This document shows positions 1 to 10,010 of a DNA stretch of 64,000 bases, one piece after another. Below the pieces are notes generated by a model that was given only the letters and a program-made list of their open reading frames with translations, searched no databases and had not been told where the DNA came from. The translations under genes and the position numbers were made by a program. Each line of letters begins with the position of its first letter. Positions within the stretch are counted from its first letter, which is position 1. The stretch is from an uncultured bacterium (GTDB lineage Bacteria; Verrucomicrobiota; Verrucomicrobiia; Limisphaerales; UBA8199), in NCBI GenBank assembly GCA_963749495.1, contig CAVVMW010000018.1, positions 128,001 through 192,000 of the forward strand, read 5' to 3'.

Positions 1-1
1 C

Positions 2-1036
2 GTAGCCGAGCGCCATCTCCGTTGGGCCCAGGAACGCAGCCTGCCGCTGCAGCAATCCATCGCGCTGGTCAACCTTGGTAGCGCTGCTTTGGAGCGACGC
101 GATTTTGCTGCTGCCGAGAGCTGGTATCGCAAGGCGCTCGCAATTGAGGAAAACCAGGGAAACGAGCACGATGCGGCGATCACCTACCATCAGTTGGGCC
201 TGGTTGCCCAGGAGCGGCGCGATTTTGCCGCCGCCGAGGCCTGGTATCGCAAGTCGCTCGCAATCGACGAAAAGCAGGGCAACGAAGACGGCGCGGCGAT
301 CAGCTACCACCAGTTGGGCAGGATAGCCCAGGAGCGGCGCGATTTTGCCGCCGCCGAGGCGTGGTATAGCAAGTCGCTCGCAATCAAAGAAAAGCAGGGC
401 GACGAACACGGCGCGACGACGACGTACCACCAATTGGGCAGGATTGCCCAGGAGCGGCGCGATTTTGCCGCCGCCGAGGCGTGGTATCGCAAGTCGCTCG
501 CGATCAAGGAAAAGCAGGGACACGAGCACGGGGCGGCGATGGACTACCACCAGTTGGGTAGGGTTGCCCAGGAGCGGGGCGATTTTGCCGCCGCCGAGCC
601 ATGGTATCGCAAGTCGCTCGCGATCGAGGAAAAGCAGGGAAACGAACACGGCGCAGCGATCACCTACCACCAGTTGGGCATACTGGCCCAAGAGCGGCGC
701 GATTTTGCCGCCGCCGAGGCATGGTATCGCAAGTCTCTCGCGATCGAGGAAAAGCAGGGGAACGAACACGGCGCAGCGATCTCGTACCACCAGTTGGGCA
801 GGATTGGACAGGAGCAGCGGGACTTCGGCGGAGCTGGAAGGCTCTTTCTGAAGGCACTTGGGCTCCTCGCCTCGAAGAACGACCCATATCACGCGGAAAT
901 GGCCTGGAAGGGATTCGTGCGCGTCCTCGGCTCGGCCCCGCCCGAGGTTCAAGCCGAGCTTCGCGCGCTGGGCCGCGCAGCCGTGGGCGAGGAGAAGATG
1001 AGCATGGCCGAGGCCGCCCTGCACGCGCCCTCTTGA
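2..1036 (+). CDS. Tetratricopeptide-repeat protein, C-terminal part (5' end outside window)
   Basis: Frame is open from position 2; about six 40-aa repeats (YHQLGxxAQERRDFAAAEAWYRKSLAIxEKQG) encoded by 120-bp DNA repeats. Confidence 0.9.
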   Translation, partial: VAERHLRWAQERSLPLQQSIALVNLGSAALERRDFAAAESWYRKALAIEENQGNEHDAAITYHQLGLVAQERRDFAAAEAWYRKSLAIDEKQGNEDGAAISYHQLGRIAQERRDFAAAEAWYSKSLAIKEKQGDEHGATTTYHQLGRIAQERRDFAAAEAWYRKSLAIKEKQGHEHGAAMDYHQLGRVAQERGDFAAAEPWYRKSLAIEEKQGNEHGAAITYHQLGILAQERRDFAAAEAWYRKSLAIEEKQGNEHGAAISYHQLGRIGQEQRDFGGAGRLFLKALGLLASKNDPYHAEMAWKGFVRVLGSAPPEVQAELRALGRAAVGEEKMSMAEAALHAPS

Positions 1037-1142
1037 TTGTGGGTGCGGCATGAGGCGACTTGAGACAGGATGTGTCTATCCCCTCATCGCCAGGACAGGA
1101 TAGCCTTGGGCCGCACCCGATGAATGCTTTCGCTCTCGAAAT

Positions 1143-1893
1143 ATGAAAAGGCTCCTTCTCTCCTTGATGTTCTTGTCGATCACCGGCTTGCACGCCGCCA
1201 ACGCTGGAAGTCCGGCCAAAGTCTTCATTCTGGCGGGCCAGTCCAACATGGAGGGCCAGGGGGTGGCCGACCTCAAAGGAACGGATTACAACGAGGGCAA
1301 GGGCGCGCCCCGCCCTCACTTGGCCGATTACGATTCGGAACTGCGCCGGGCCGACGGTCATGTGGATATCAACGCCATGGTTGGGCGCCTGCAGGAACTC
1401 GGGGTCGGCACTTACTACTGGCTGGTGTGGCACGCGGCCACGGATTGGGAGGATTTGAAGCTGTTTCTTCCCGAGGCGCGCCAGGCAGGCATCGAGGTTT
1501 GGGTTTACCTGGTGCCGCCCTCGGAAGGCTCCGGCAGCGCGGGACCAGCCTCCGAGCCCTTCCGGCTGGATTTCCTTCGCTGGGCGGAGGAAATCGCCCG
1601 GCTTTCGCTCCAGCACACGAACCTGACCGGCTGGGTCATTGACGATTTCTATGCCAACCACGAAACCCTCTTTCATCTCGATGACGGCCGGTGATGCGCA
1701 GGAGTTCCGGCAGCGTCACGGCGAACCCGCCTCGCCCGAACGCATCGCGAATTGGCTTCGAATGTCCCTGGAGGCCTGGCGGGAGGGGCGATGCGACGGC
1801 GTAGTGACTTACTGCCTGGACAAGCGACCGCAGAGCGCGACCTTTCCTCTCGCGCAGCAACTCTTCCGGGAATTCCGCAACGGCCTTCGGTGA
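1143..1893 (+). pseudogene. Chimeric, internally deleted carbohydrate-enzyme remnants (SASA-like N-terminus joined to a glycoside-hydrolase-like fragment)
   Basis: Signal peptide plus KVFILAGQSNMEGQG (sialate O-acetylesterase/SGNH block I), abrupt switch to an unrelated segment ending WVIDDF, then a C-terminal piece in another frame. Confidence 0.5.
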
Positions 1894-2465
1894 CGCAGGA
1901 AGCTGCACGAATTCTCGTGGTCTTGGCTTTGGGACTGATTCTGTTCTGGGGCGCAGCCGTGGGGGCGAGTCCCGAACCACCTGACACGGCCAACCTATTC
2001 GCGCTCGAGGGGCGGGATTGCATCCTGGAGGAAGCGCACTGCGGAATCGTCAATGGGCGGATCACTGTCGGTATCCCCTTCAAGAGGCTGGGCCGGGTGC
2101 AAGGGCTTTGGGCGCCCCCGTATGTCAGTTCGGATTTTCAAATAATCGTCACATTGGGAGGAAAGGAGATTCCGGCAACCCGATTCACCTGGTGGCCATA
2201 CAAGGTCGTGCAGCACGGTTCGCTCGAGGACATCCAAGCGACATCCACCATCGTGCTCGTTCCCGGCACTCGCGGGGGAGTATTGGCCATCAGGAATGTG
2301 CGAGTGCGCGGAACGACCATGGACATCTTCGTCGCCCCACGTCAGTTTCGCGTCAAGACCTTCGCCAACGAGGTTCGGGCCAGCCTTGGAGAATCCATCC
2401 TGGTCCAACACAACGGGGCATCGCTCGCCGTCCTTGCCAGGCCGCCCAAAGACCAGGAGGATTAA
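1890..2465 (+). pseudogene. Short secreted-protein remnant, probably an internally deleted glycoside hydrolase
   Basis: GTG overlapping the upstream TGA, hydrophobic signal, and N- and C-terminal-looking beta segments with no catalytic core. Confidence 0.35.
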
Positions 2466-2624
2466 GGGCATTGATTCGTCCGCGGGGTCGTAAAGGCCTG
2501 TTTTCCGGGATGCCTCCGTGCTTCCGCACGAGCAGCCCAATTCCTCGCCTAACGACCTTCCAGTGCGAAGAGGATCAGGAGTATCAAGGACCTCAAATCT
2601 CGTGCCAATCGAGCAAAGGTGGAG

Positions 2625-2691
2625 AACCGCGGAATACGCGGAATACGCGGAAGGCCTTTTGTTTTCGGCGTATTCCGCGTGTTCAGCGGTT
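2625..2691. repeat. Palindromic 9-mer repeat element (CGCGGAATA / TATTCCGCG); second copy 18089-18155
   Basis: Tandem 9-mers followed by their inverted copies at both loci. Confidence 0.75.
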
Positions 2692-2767
2692 TCATAAGGA
2701 TCCTTTGCCGAGGATTTGGGGCAGGCTTGCCCGTTGCCAAACCTCCCGTGGACGTTATAGTAGCGGC

Positions 2768-2992
2768 ATGATTCTTGAGAAGTTTCCAGAAGTGAAGCGG
2801 CTCTCGCCTTCCGAGAAGCTGATTTTCGTCTCGGAGCTGTGGAACGACCTGGAGGCCCATCCGACCGAGGTGCCGGTGCCACGGGAAATCATCGCGGAGT
2901 TGGACCGCCGTATGGAGCACTTCCGCCAGCACCCCAACCAGTTCACGACTTGGGAGGCCGTCAAGGAGCGCATTCTTGGCTCGGGCCGATGA
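2768..2992 (+). CDS. Putative addiction-module antitoxin (TIGR02574-like)
   Basis: 74 aa with LSPSEKLIFVSELW...ELDRR...TWEAVK pattern. Confidence 0.85.
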   Translation: MILEKFPEVKRLSPSEKLIFVSELWNDLEAHPTEVPVPREIIAELDRRMEHFRQHPNQFTTWEAVKERILGSGR

Positions 2993-3036
2993 CCGACCTG
3001 ATTCTCCTTCTACAAACTCCCGCCGAACCAGCATGA
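2989..3036 (+). pseudogene. Stub of a probable RelE/ParE toxin
   Basis: ATGA overlap with the antitoxin stop; MTDLILLLQ then a stop after 15 codons. Confidence 0.45.
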
Positions 3037-3252
3037 TCAACAGGCTATTGCCTGGCTGCGTGAACCTGTTTGTGCGGTGGCTGTCGCCGGCGCGCGGGCC
3101 TGGCGGCAGTCCCCTGCCCCGCTGGATGCCCCGGTCAAGAACCAAGCGGTCGCGGCTGTGCTGGAGGCGGCCCGCGGTAGTGCTGAAAAGAGCATACCTC
3201 GTGGGTCCTGGTGGAGCGCCGGCCTGCCTGGACGCGCGCTGTCAGCCAGTTC

Positions 3253-4694
3253 TTACCCTGGGCCACTCTCGTATCCAACGGAGACCCCCTGCTGGGCGAG
3301 TTCCTCATCGTCTGGCGTCTTGGGAGCTGTGTGCCCCCCAGGATAGTAATGCTCAATGATTGGGCGGAAACACCGGTCGAGCCGCGCAATATGGTCGGGG
3401 CGCTCGCGAGGGGAGGCATTGAGGTCCCGAAGGATGCCAAGAAGCTGCGCCCTTTGCCCGGTATCCAGCCGCCGGAACTTCTTTTTCCAATCAGCCGCGC
3501 CATCATCGCGATAGTGCTCGCGGTAAATAATGTATCGGTCTGGCATGGTGAGGAGTTGAATGAAGTGCTCGTAAGTTTCGCCAAATGCGCCACGAATGAA
3601 GTCCGGGTTTGGGCTGATGAGGCCGTGCGTTGCATGCAGGACGCATTGAATGCCGCGCAAGTAACGCCACTCCCACCCCTTGCAAACATGGCGCCGACTA
3701 ACGTCGTCCATCGGAATGAACCGCATCGGGAAGCCCGTTATTCGGATGCCTAATTCGGTGTTCAAATTGGCATTGACCCACATCCTGTCCCAAAGATCGC
3801 GCGGGCTGTCATTGAAGTTGAACAGCATGTAGTTTGTGAACTCCACAAATCCTTCCTTGGCCAGGAGGCGGATCGCTTGCTCGTATGCTTTGCGGATGCC
3901 AGCGAAATCAAAGGCCAACCGGACCGGCGAGACGCAAAGGCTCGCCAGGAGCTTAGCCAGCTCAGGCTTGTGGCTGATCAAGCGGGCGTCCAGACCCTGG
4001 TTGAAATCCACCGTGCGCTCGCGTCCTTTACGTTTCGCGGCCGCCTGAAAACCCAAGTCCCCAATCTCCCGAATGATCCCCTCGATTCCTTTGATGCCGA
4101 GAATGTTGTTGTCCATTACCACGAGATGCTGCCTCTGCCCGTGGCGCTTGATAGCTTCGGTAACCTGCTTCCTGAGTGGACTCATTAAACCGAATTGTTT
4201 CTCGAGTTCGGTACCGCGCAAAATTGGCAACGGCGGATGCAGCCCTTGGTGACTCGAACGAAGTAGGCGTCGCGCGGGTAGTAATCGTAATGCACCCTCT
4301 TGAGTAAGCCATAATCGGGCACGAAGTCGGCTATGGCCGGTGCGCCTGGAGCTAGTTTGCCCGGTCTATCCAGAGGTCCTTCTACCACCGTACAGGCAAA
4401 CCGTTCCTTGATGTACTTGGGCAGGAGAGTGACTCCGACTCCGCCAACGAAGATGTCCTTTGCATCCTTTACGCAGCGTTCATAGTACTTGACCGTCTCG
4501 GCTGTGCGAGGAAGCTCCCACGTGAAAAGCGATGCAACATAGACGCGATCCCAGCGGCGCGCCCTGCTCCACTCATCCTTTCCTCGCACAAAACGGACCC
4601 GGTCTCCGCGCCCCTGGTGGTAAGTCGACAGACGCATCAAACCCAGTGGCGGAAACTTGGACCGGTAGCTTGGCTCGACAAGGAGAATGTTCAT
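3253..4694 (-). CDS. Radical SAM protein with an N-terminal B12-binding-like Rossmann domain (frameshift near 4208, likely sequencing error)
   Basis: MNILLVEP..FPPLGLM start, GCIRRCQFC CxxxCxxC motif, then MDNN, DFNQGLDAR and RLAFD in the downstream frame. Confidence 0.85.
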
Positions 4695-4701
4695 GACCGG
4701 G

Positions 4702-6285
4702 TCACGCTTTGGGCCCTTTCTCCTTGTTGCCGGAGCGCTGTTTCCCTTCCGGAGTAGCTGATGCGGCGCCGAATTTAGCGACAATGGCCTTGCGCGCACG
4801 CTCGAACTGGTCTGCGTCCAGCACCTCACGGAGTAGTTCCAAGATGTCGCTTACGATTTTTCGTTCTCTCCGGCCGAGGCTGGACCTGAGTTTGCTCGCT
4901 GCGAACACGTCCCTCTCGCCCAACCTCTCGCGAATGGCGCTTAAGGACGTGAGGACGCTCTCCAACTCATGCCGTTCAGATTCGGATTCGCGTGCTCCTT
5001 GTGCCGATTCAACTCGGTCCGTCTCCCGCTCAATCCTCCCGATCAGTTCTTGTCGTTCATCATTCGATGCCAAACCGGCCTTGAGCGCCACCTTTGCCGC
5101 GTCGGTTGCTGCTTTGGCCGATGACAAGACCTTGGCAGTGGGCCGGTTGACAGAGTCGGCCGCATCATGGCAGGCTTTGCAGTGCTGCTTGATGAACGGT
5201 TCCAGTTCGCTCTGAATTTTCAGCCACTCGGGCGTCAATTCAAACCCATCCCTGCGCGCATTGGGAATAACCTGGTCGTTCAGGATGTGGATTTCTCCCA
5301 TCGTCCAGTTGTTCAGGCGACCCTCGTTACCCGAAAAGAGTTCTGCCACTCGTTCCGGCCCGCCGATTGCGATATTGTGCCTTCGGAACCGCAACCCGGC
5401 CACCCGGTCGTCGTCGAGCATGCCAAGCAGGTCGGTGGCCGCATACCACATCCAGAACGGCGATTCCGCGTTCGCTCCCTCCGGATAGAATCGGACGTCC
5501 TTCACATGTATGTCAAAGTTCTTTTGCTTGGTCTTGTAGTGAGTTCTGTAAGGCTTGAACACCTCACGTTCCGCACCCGAAGCTCGAAGCAGGACCTTGA
5601 CAGTCGGGAGCGTCAGACCTCGTTCGTTGACCCATTGTTGAATCTTGGTCGCGTATAGGAACCGCTGCGCATCGTACTCCACTGGCGCAGCCTGGCCGAG
5701 GTACTTCTCCATTTCCTCCAGGCTGACGAACTGCGAGAGGCGGCTGTCAATGCCCTCCATTTTCACTTCGAAGAAGTGATCCTCCTTCTTTGCGTCGCCT
5801 AGGTCTTGTGTTGTGTGCTTTTGCAGTACGTCCGTGAGTTCTTCGACCTCCTTCATCGAAGGGCGGATGGATTGCCGTATGCCATCGCAGTCGAACGCAA
5901 TGGTCGTCATTTCATCCTCATGGGCGAACGTTGTGCGAAACTCGAGGCGCTTGCAGTACGCGATTCCCGCGAGGCGACCAATTCCCCGAAAACCGGCTTC
6001 CTGCCCGTAAACCTTGGCCGACATGCCGATGTTCAACAGTCTCCCGCTGGCGTCACCTGAGGGAATTCCGGTTCCATTGTCGCGCACGGCCAACGTTTTC
6101 GCGGCGGGATCAAGCGAGACGGTAATGAGGCCGGCGTTTTGTCTCAGCATCTCGAATCGCTCTGCCGACATGATGCCGTCGGAGGCGTTCTGAATATATT
6201 CGCGGATCGCATCGAGTGGGTTAGTGTACATTCCGGTCGTGAGCGTCTCCAAAACGAAGGCTCCGACTCTCGGCGTATGCTTCAT
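4702..6285 (-). CDS. GHKL (Hsp90/MORC-like, HATPase_c_3-type) ATPase with a helical C-terminus
   Basis: REYIQNASD, DNGTG and GFRGIGRL GHKL motifs; ATG overlaps the HerA stop (ATGA). Confidence 0.9.
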   Translation of the reverse strand: MKHTPRVGAFVLETLTTGMYTNPLDAIREYIQNASDGIMSAERFEMLRQNAGLITVSLDPAAKTLAVRDNGTGIPSGDASGRLLNIGMSAKVYGQEAGFRGIGRLAGIAYCKRLEFRTTFAHEDEMTTIAFDCDGIRQSIRPSMKEVEELTDVLQKHTTQDLGDAKKEDHFFEVKMEGIDSRLSQFVSLEEMEKYLGQAAPVEYDAQRFLYATKIQQWVNERGLTLPTVKVLLRASGAEREVFKPYRTHYKTKQKNFDIHVKDVRFYPEGANAESPFWMWYAATDLLGMLDDDRVAGLRFRRHNIAIGGPERVAELFSGNEGRLNNWTMGEIHILNDQVIPNARRDGFELTPEWLKIQSELEPFIKQHCKACHDAADSVNRPTAKVLSSAKAATDAAKVALKAGLASNDERQELIGRIERETDRVESAQGARESESERHELESVLTSLSAIRERLGERDVFAASKLRSSLGRRERKIVSDILELLREVLDADQFERARKAIVAKFGAASATPEGKQRSGNKEKGPKA

Positions 6286-7940
6286 TGGGCGACATCCTCC
6301 TTGAAATAGCATGGGAAAGGGAACCGGACCTTGATCAGGTGCGTTTTGAAGACCGCGTGTTGGAGCAAAAGACTTCCCTGCCCTAAACGAGTTATTGAAG
6401 TCTTGTGCGAATCCGGAAAGTAGCGGTAATCCGGGCACTTGGCCATCTCGACCGGGCTGGTACGACCGTAGGCATTTGTGCTGCAGTTGCCAAGGATTCG
6501 GTCATGAACCGCACTGCGGAATTGTTCCGCGCCAAACATGATAATGCCGAGAGAACGACCGCGCTCAGTCACTTCCAGAAGGACATTCGTGAGCGAGCGT
6601 CCGCCGGTATCTGACTTCGGAGCGTACTTGTTCAGTTCGTCTGCGAAGACAATGACCTTGCCCAAATCTGACGGTTCCACCTGATCATCCTCGCCAAGTT
6701 TGATATTGCGGATGGTGCTGACAATGTCCCCGACAACGAGACATTGCAGGTAGTCCGGCAGCGGCTCGATGTCCACAACCAGCACTTCACCTGGACGCAG
6801 CTCACGCACAGCGTCCGATACCAATTTCTGTCTCCTCTCAGGGGCCCTAGTGAGAGATCGTTCAACAAAAACGGGATTGCAGGTTCGCGTCTGCAGGAAC
6901 CGAAGAAACTTCCTCCACGACTGCGGTGGAATGGGACTGCCAGATTGCTGACCCGCCCTAGTTCTTCTTTCGATCTCTGTCCTGAACGCATCCCAACTCG
7001 AAGCGTGAATGCCCCTAATTTGGTCACACATTTGCTCAAGCGTGTTAGTCGGGTCGTCCACATCGGCCACCAGCAGGGCCATTTTTTCCTTCATAGTTTC
7101 TACATCGTAAAAGTAATTAAATGCCCGATTCTCTGTGTGCTGTCTGGCCAAAATGTCGCCGCGCAGATTAGCTAGGCTGGTATTTGAAAACCGCGCTTCC
7201 GCACGCTTCAGTGCGTAAGGATAAAGGTATTTTGCATGGCGAAATGGCGTCGGCTCAAGGCCACAGCGCTTCCACTCGGCAATTTGCTCCGCAGAAAGCG
7301 GCCTTTCGGGCGTTTCGTCTATCGCGAGCAGGTCGCTTGCTTTGACATTCAGGAGAATCATCGAAACCTTGTCTCCCATTCGCTGTTGGAGCGCGTTTAA
7401 AAGGAACATCGCGTAGGATGTTTTCGTCGCTAAGCCAGAAATTCCCGCGATATTCAAATGAGCGCCTTCAGGGCCAACAAGGTACTTTGCTTCCAGTTCT
7501 ATCGGCACCTCAAGCCCATAGGACATGCTGATGTATCCTGCCGGAATTGGATTCTTGAATCCCAAAAGCCCAAGAGCCTTACGTACGCCGTCAGCGTCAG
7601 CGGTTTCAACCGGCGCGCTGTCTCGGACTGGCATCTCAATGTCTGCCGAATTGTAGAGCACCTCCGCCTCTGCGATTGTTGTACCAAGTCGGCTATTCAC
7701 TGGCGCCGCGGCCACGTCACCAAAATCGGAGGACACGTAGTTGGCTAAGTGTCCGGCGCTGTCCGTGATGAACAGCAGGTCAAGGACGATGGCGTAGGTG
7801 TAGCTATTTCTGATGTGGCGGACGCGAACCACGTCAAAGATGCGGATGTCTTCGTTCTCGGCGAGCCAGAAACGGATCGAGTTGTACGTTGTGGGCTTGT
7901 TTTCCGTCGCCGTTACCTTTCCGATGATCTTAGTTTCCAT
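6282..7940 (-). CDS. herA: HerA/FtsK-family ATPase with N-terminal HAS barrel
   Basis: Variant Walker A HLNIAGISGLATKT, Walker B VIVFADELNK, and ERGRSLG arginine-finger region. Confidence 0.88.
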   Translation of the reverse strand: METKIIGKVTATENKPTTYNSIRFWLAENEDIRIFDVVRVRHIRNSYTYAIVLDLLFITDSAGHLANYVSSDFGDVAAAPVNSRLGTTIAEAEVLYNSADIEMPVRDSAPVETADADGVRKALGLLGFKNPIPAGYISMSYGLEVPIELEAKYLVGPEGAHLNIAGISGLATKTSYAMFLLNALQQRMGDKVSMILLNVKASDLLAIDETPERPLSAEQIAEWKRCGLEPTPFRHAKYLYPYALKRAEARFSNTSLANLRGDILARQHTENRAFNYFYDVETMKEKMALLVADVDDPTNTLEQMCDQIRGIHASSWDAFRTEIERRTRAGQQSGSPIPPQSWRKFLRFLQTRTCNPVFVERSLTRAPERRQKLVSDAVRELRPGEVLVVDIEPLPDYLQCLVVGDIVSTIRNIKLGEDDQVEPSDLGKVIVFADELNKYAPKSDTGGRSLTNVLLEVTERGRSLGIIMFGAEQFRSAVHDRILGNCSTNAYGRTSPVEMAKCPDYRYFPDSHKTSITRLGQGSLLLQHAVFKTHLIKVRFPFPCYFKEDVAQ

Positions 7941-7954
7941 GATTCCGTCTCGTG

Positions 7955-9052
7955 TCAGAACAGTGCCTCAAAGCGCATGTCGCTCAGAAAACTGGCCTTG
8001 ATAAAACTTTCGGCCTTAAACACTGGGTAGATGTGCGAAGCCCATCTTGAATCCTGGCCGTATGGCGTAACGTTACGCTCTCGGAGGATATGTGCAGAAA
8101 TGGTGTTCACACGCTCTGCGTCGAGGCCGTCCTCGGTTTCCCGGTCGTCAATGGCGTAAGATTCGGCCTTGACGATACCCTGCAACGGGTTCGTCATCCT
8201 GTTTCGCGGCCGAATCCTCAAGTACCACACGCCGATAAAGCGATCCTCACCCATTATTTTGAAAACGGGGGTTCGCTCCCCCATTTCGAGAGACGCGGTC
8301 ATCGCGCCCACGTCGCGTTTTCCTCTACCGGTGCCAACCGCAAACGACGGGCGGAACGTCTTTGACAAGCCGATAACATTGCGGAACTGCGTCACGTCGA
8401 ACCCACGGCCTTTGAGGTTTTTGTACTGGAGAGGGCCGTCTTTCACAAGCAGGGAGCTGCTTTGTAAAAGGTGCCTGTCGGACAGTTTGTGAACGGCGCC
8501 CAACTCGAGGTCAGCCATGAAGACCGTGATCTTTGCAATGCCCAGGTCAATGGGGTCGCGATCTTCCTTCACCGTGTAACGCACGGGTTCAAAGATGCAT
8601 CCGGTGTCAGTGCGAATTCGTTGCGACAGTGACTTCAGGTCCTCTTCGGTGGTCACCGGGTCCGGGAAGGCGAGTACGTTTATGAATGAGCAGAGCTCGC
8701 GGACGGGTCTGACTTTACTCTCTGCGGACTGGCGGATCACGACGGCGACACCGACCTGACCAGCGATCAAGGGAAGATAGCGCCCACGCACCAGCAAATC
8801 GGCCATCTTGTACGTGCGCCGAGAACCGTCCAGGAAATAGCGAAGAATAGATGGTATCCTGTGATCAATCACAGAAATAGGAATGGTGCGAGAGGGGGGC
8901 AGCGGGCTTTCAAAAAGGTCGCTGGCCCGATTTTCCTCACCCTCCAGATACTCACGGTGACGGTCGTAGTCTAGATTTACCCGGTCAGATGGCAGACACT
9001 CCGCGCCGGCCGGTTTGATCGTGTCGTTGATGACTTGTACGATAGACTTCAT
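7955..9052 (-). CDS. nurA: NurA-family nuclease
   Basis: FLDGSRR, LVKDGPL, IGLSK and WASHIYPV..AE motifs; 14 bp upstream of herA. Confidence 0.8.
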   Translation of the reverse strand: MKSIVQVINDTIKPAGAECLPSDRVNLDYDRHREYLEGEENRASDLFESPLPPSRTIPISVIDHRIPSILRYFLDGSRRTYKMADLLVRGRYLPLIAGQVGVAVVIRQSAESKVRPVRELCSFINVLAFPDPVTTEEDLKSLSQRIRTDTGCIFEPVRYTVKEDRDPIDLGIAKITVFMADLELGAVHKLSDRHLLQSSSLLVKDGPLQYKNLKGRGFDVTQFRNVIGLSKTFRPSFAVGTGRGKRDVGAMTASLEMGERTPVFKIMGEDRFIGVWYLRIRPRNRMTNPLQGIVKAESYAIDDRETEDGLDAERVNTISAHILRERNVTPYGQDSRWASHIYPVFKAESFIKASFLSDMRFEALF

Positions 9053-9425
9053 TAGTGGCCCTAAGCGAGCCTCACCGGCCACTGACCCCAGCGAGCGAAG
9101 CGGGCGTTCCCGGGGTTTGGCGTGCTGGCACCAGTGTGGAGGGGACACTCGCCGTTGGCGGCGCTGGCGTAGGACGTGAAGATCGCGCCGTTGTCGCCTC
9201 CCCACGGCTTCGGCTTCTGCCGGAAATGGGCCCGGAGTTCCGCGGCGATGAGCGGCTGGATTGGACCGGAGAACCAGGCGCGCCGGGCGTCTGAGTGGCG
9301 GACAGGACCGGCGCTCCCTTCGCGGCCGGCCATTGGCTGGTCGCGGGTCAGAAGTCTGAAATCAGCGTTCATGGGCGCCATCTGCGGTTGACGTTTGAGG
9401 AGGTATAAGTAATTCGCCGCTCTTG

Positions 9426-9701
9426 TCAAGCGAAATGGAGCCATGTTTGAGAGGGCCTCAGCGAACCGGGCCGCGCACGCCCGATCGCCAGCCGGTTATA
9501 GAGTGTTTCGGCGCGGCCTTCGATCAGGCCGAGCTCGTCGCGGGGCTGGATGGGCGCCCCGATGGCCCGGGCGGCCTCGGCGATCGCGGCCTGAAATGGA
9601 ATGCGGAACTCCGCCCCGCTGGCTGCGCCGTGGGCGGCGGCGAGGGTCTTCTCGGCCAGCCTTTTGCCCGCCTGAGCAAAGATTCTTTCGCTCTCGGGCA
9701 T
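9426..9701 (-). pseudogene. Degenerate N-terminal fragment resembling a type IIG / N6-methyltransferase restriction-modification enzyme
   Basis: E-F-R-x-P-F and LIEGRAETLYNRL..PGSLR resemble the (GRADAVYNRLVIEYE-PG) endonuclease N-terminus recalled for such enzymes; starts 3 bp after the HerA remnant stop. Confidence 0.45.
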
Positions 9702-9704
9702 AGG

Positions 9705-10010
9705 TCAAGTGCCGGGCTGGCGTTGTCTGTATGCGCGGCGCGGGCATATGATCTTCACTGGTTGCCTATACGCGGCATGCGTGGCGATCAATTCGCCTTT
9801 GCCAAGCCGGTTGAGATTCATTTTCAAATCCTCGTCCAGGAAACGATAGTCCGGCGTGGCGATCTCACTCGGGCCCGTGCGGCCGAGAATCTTCGTCGCG
9901 CAGTTCCCCGTGACGCGGGGGTGGACAGCGGACATGAACTGCTGCGCCGAGAACAGCACCACTCCGAGGGAGCGTCCACGTTCGGCGATGTCGAGGACTT
10001 GCTGCTTGGG
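9705..10010 (-). pseudogene. C-terminal remnant of a second, diverged HerA ATPase
   Basis: VLDIAERGRSLGVVLFSAQQFMSAVHPRVTGNCAT aligns with LLEVTERGRSLGIIMFGAEQFRSAVHDRILGNCST of the intact HerA. Confidence 0.85.

Noticed and set aside
3253..4694. Prokaryotic viperin
   Set aside because: The extra N-terminal Rossmann-like domain and the motif context differ from viperin-type radical SAM enzymes
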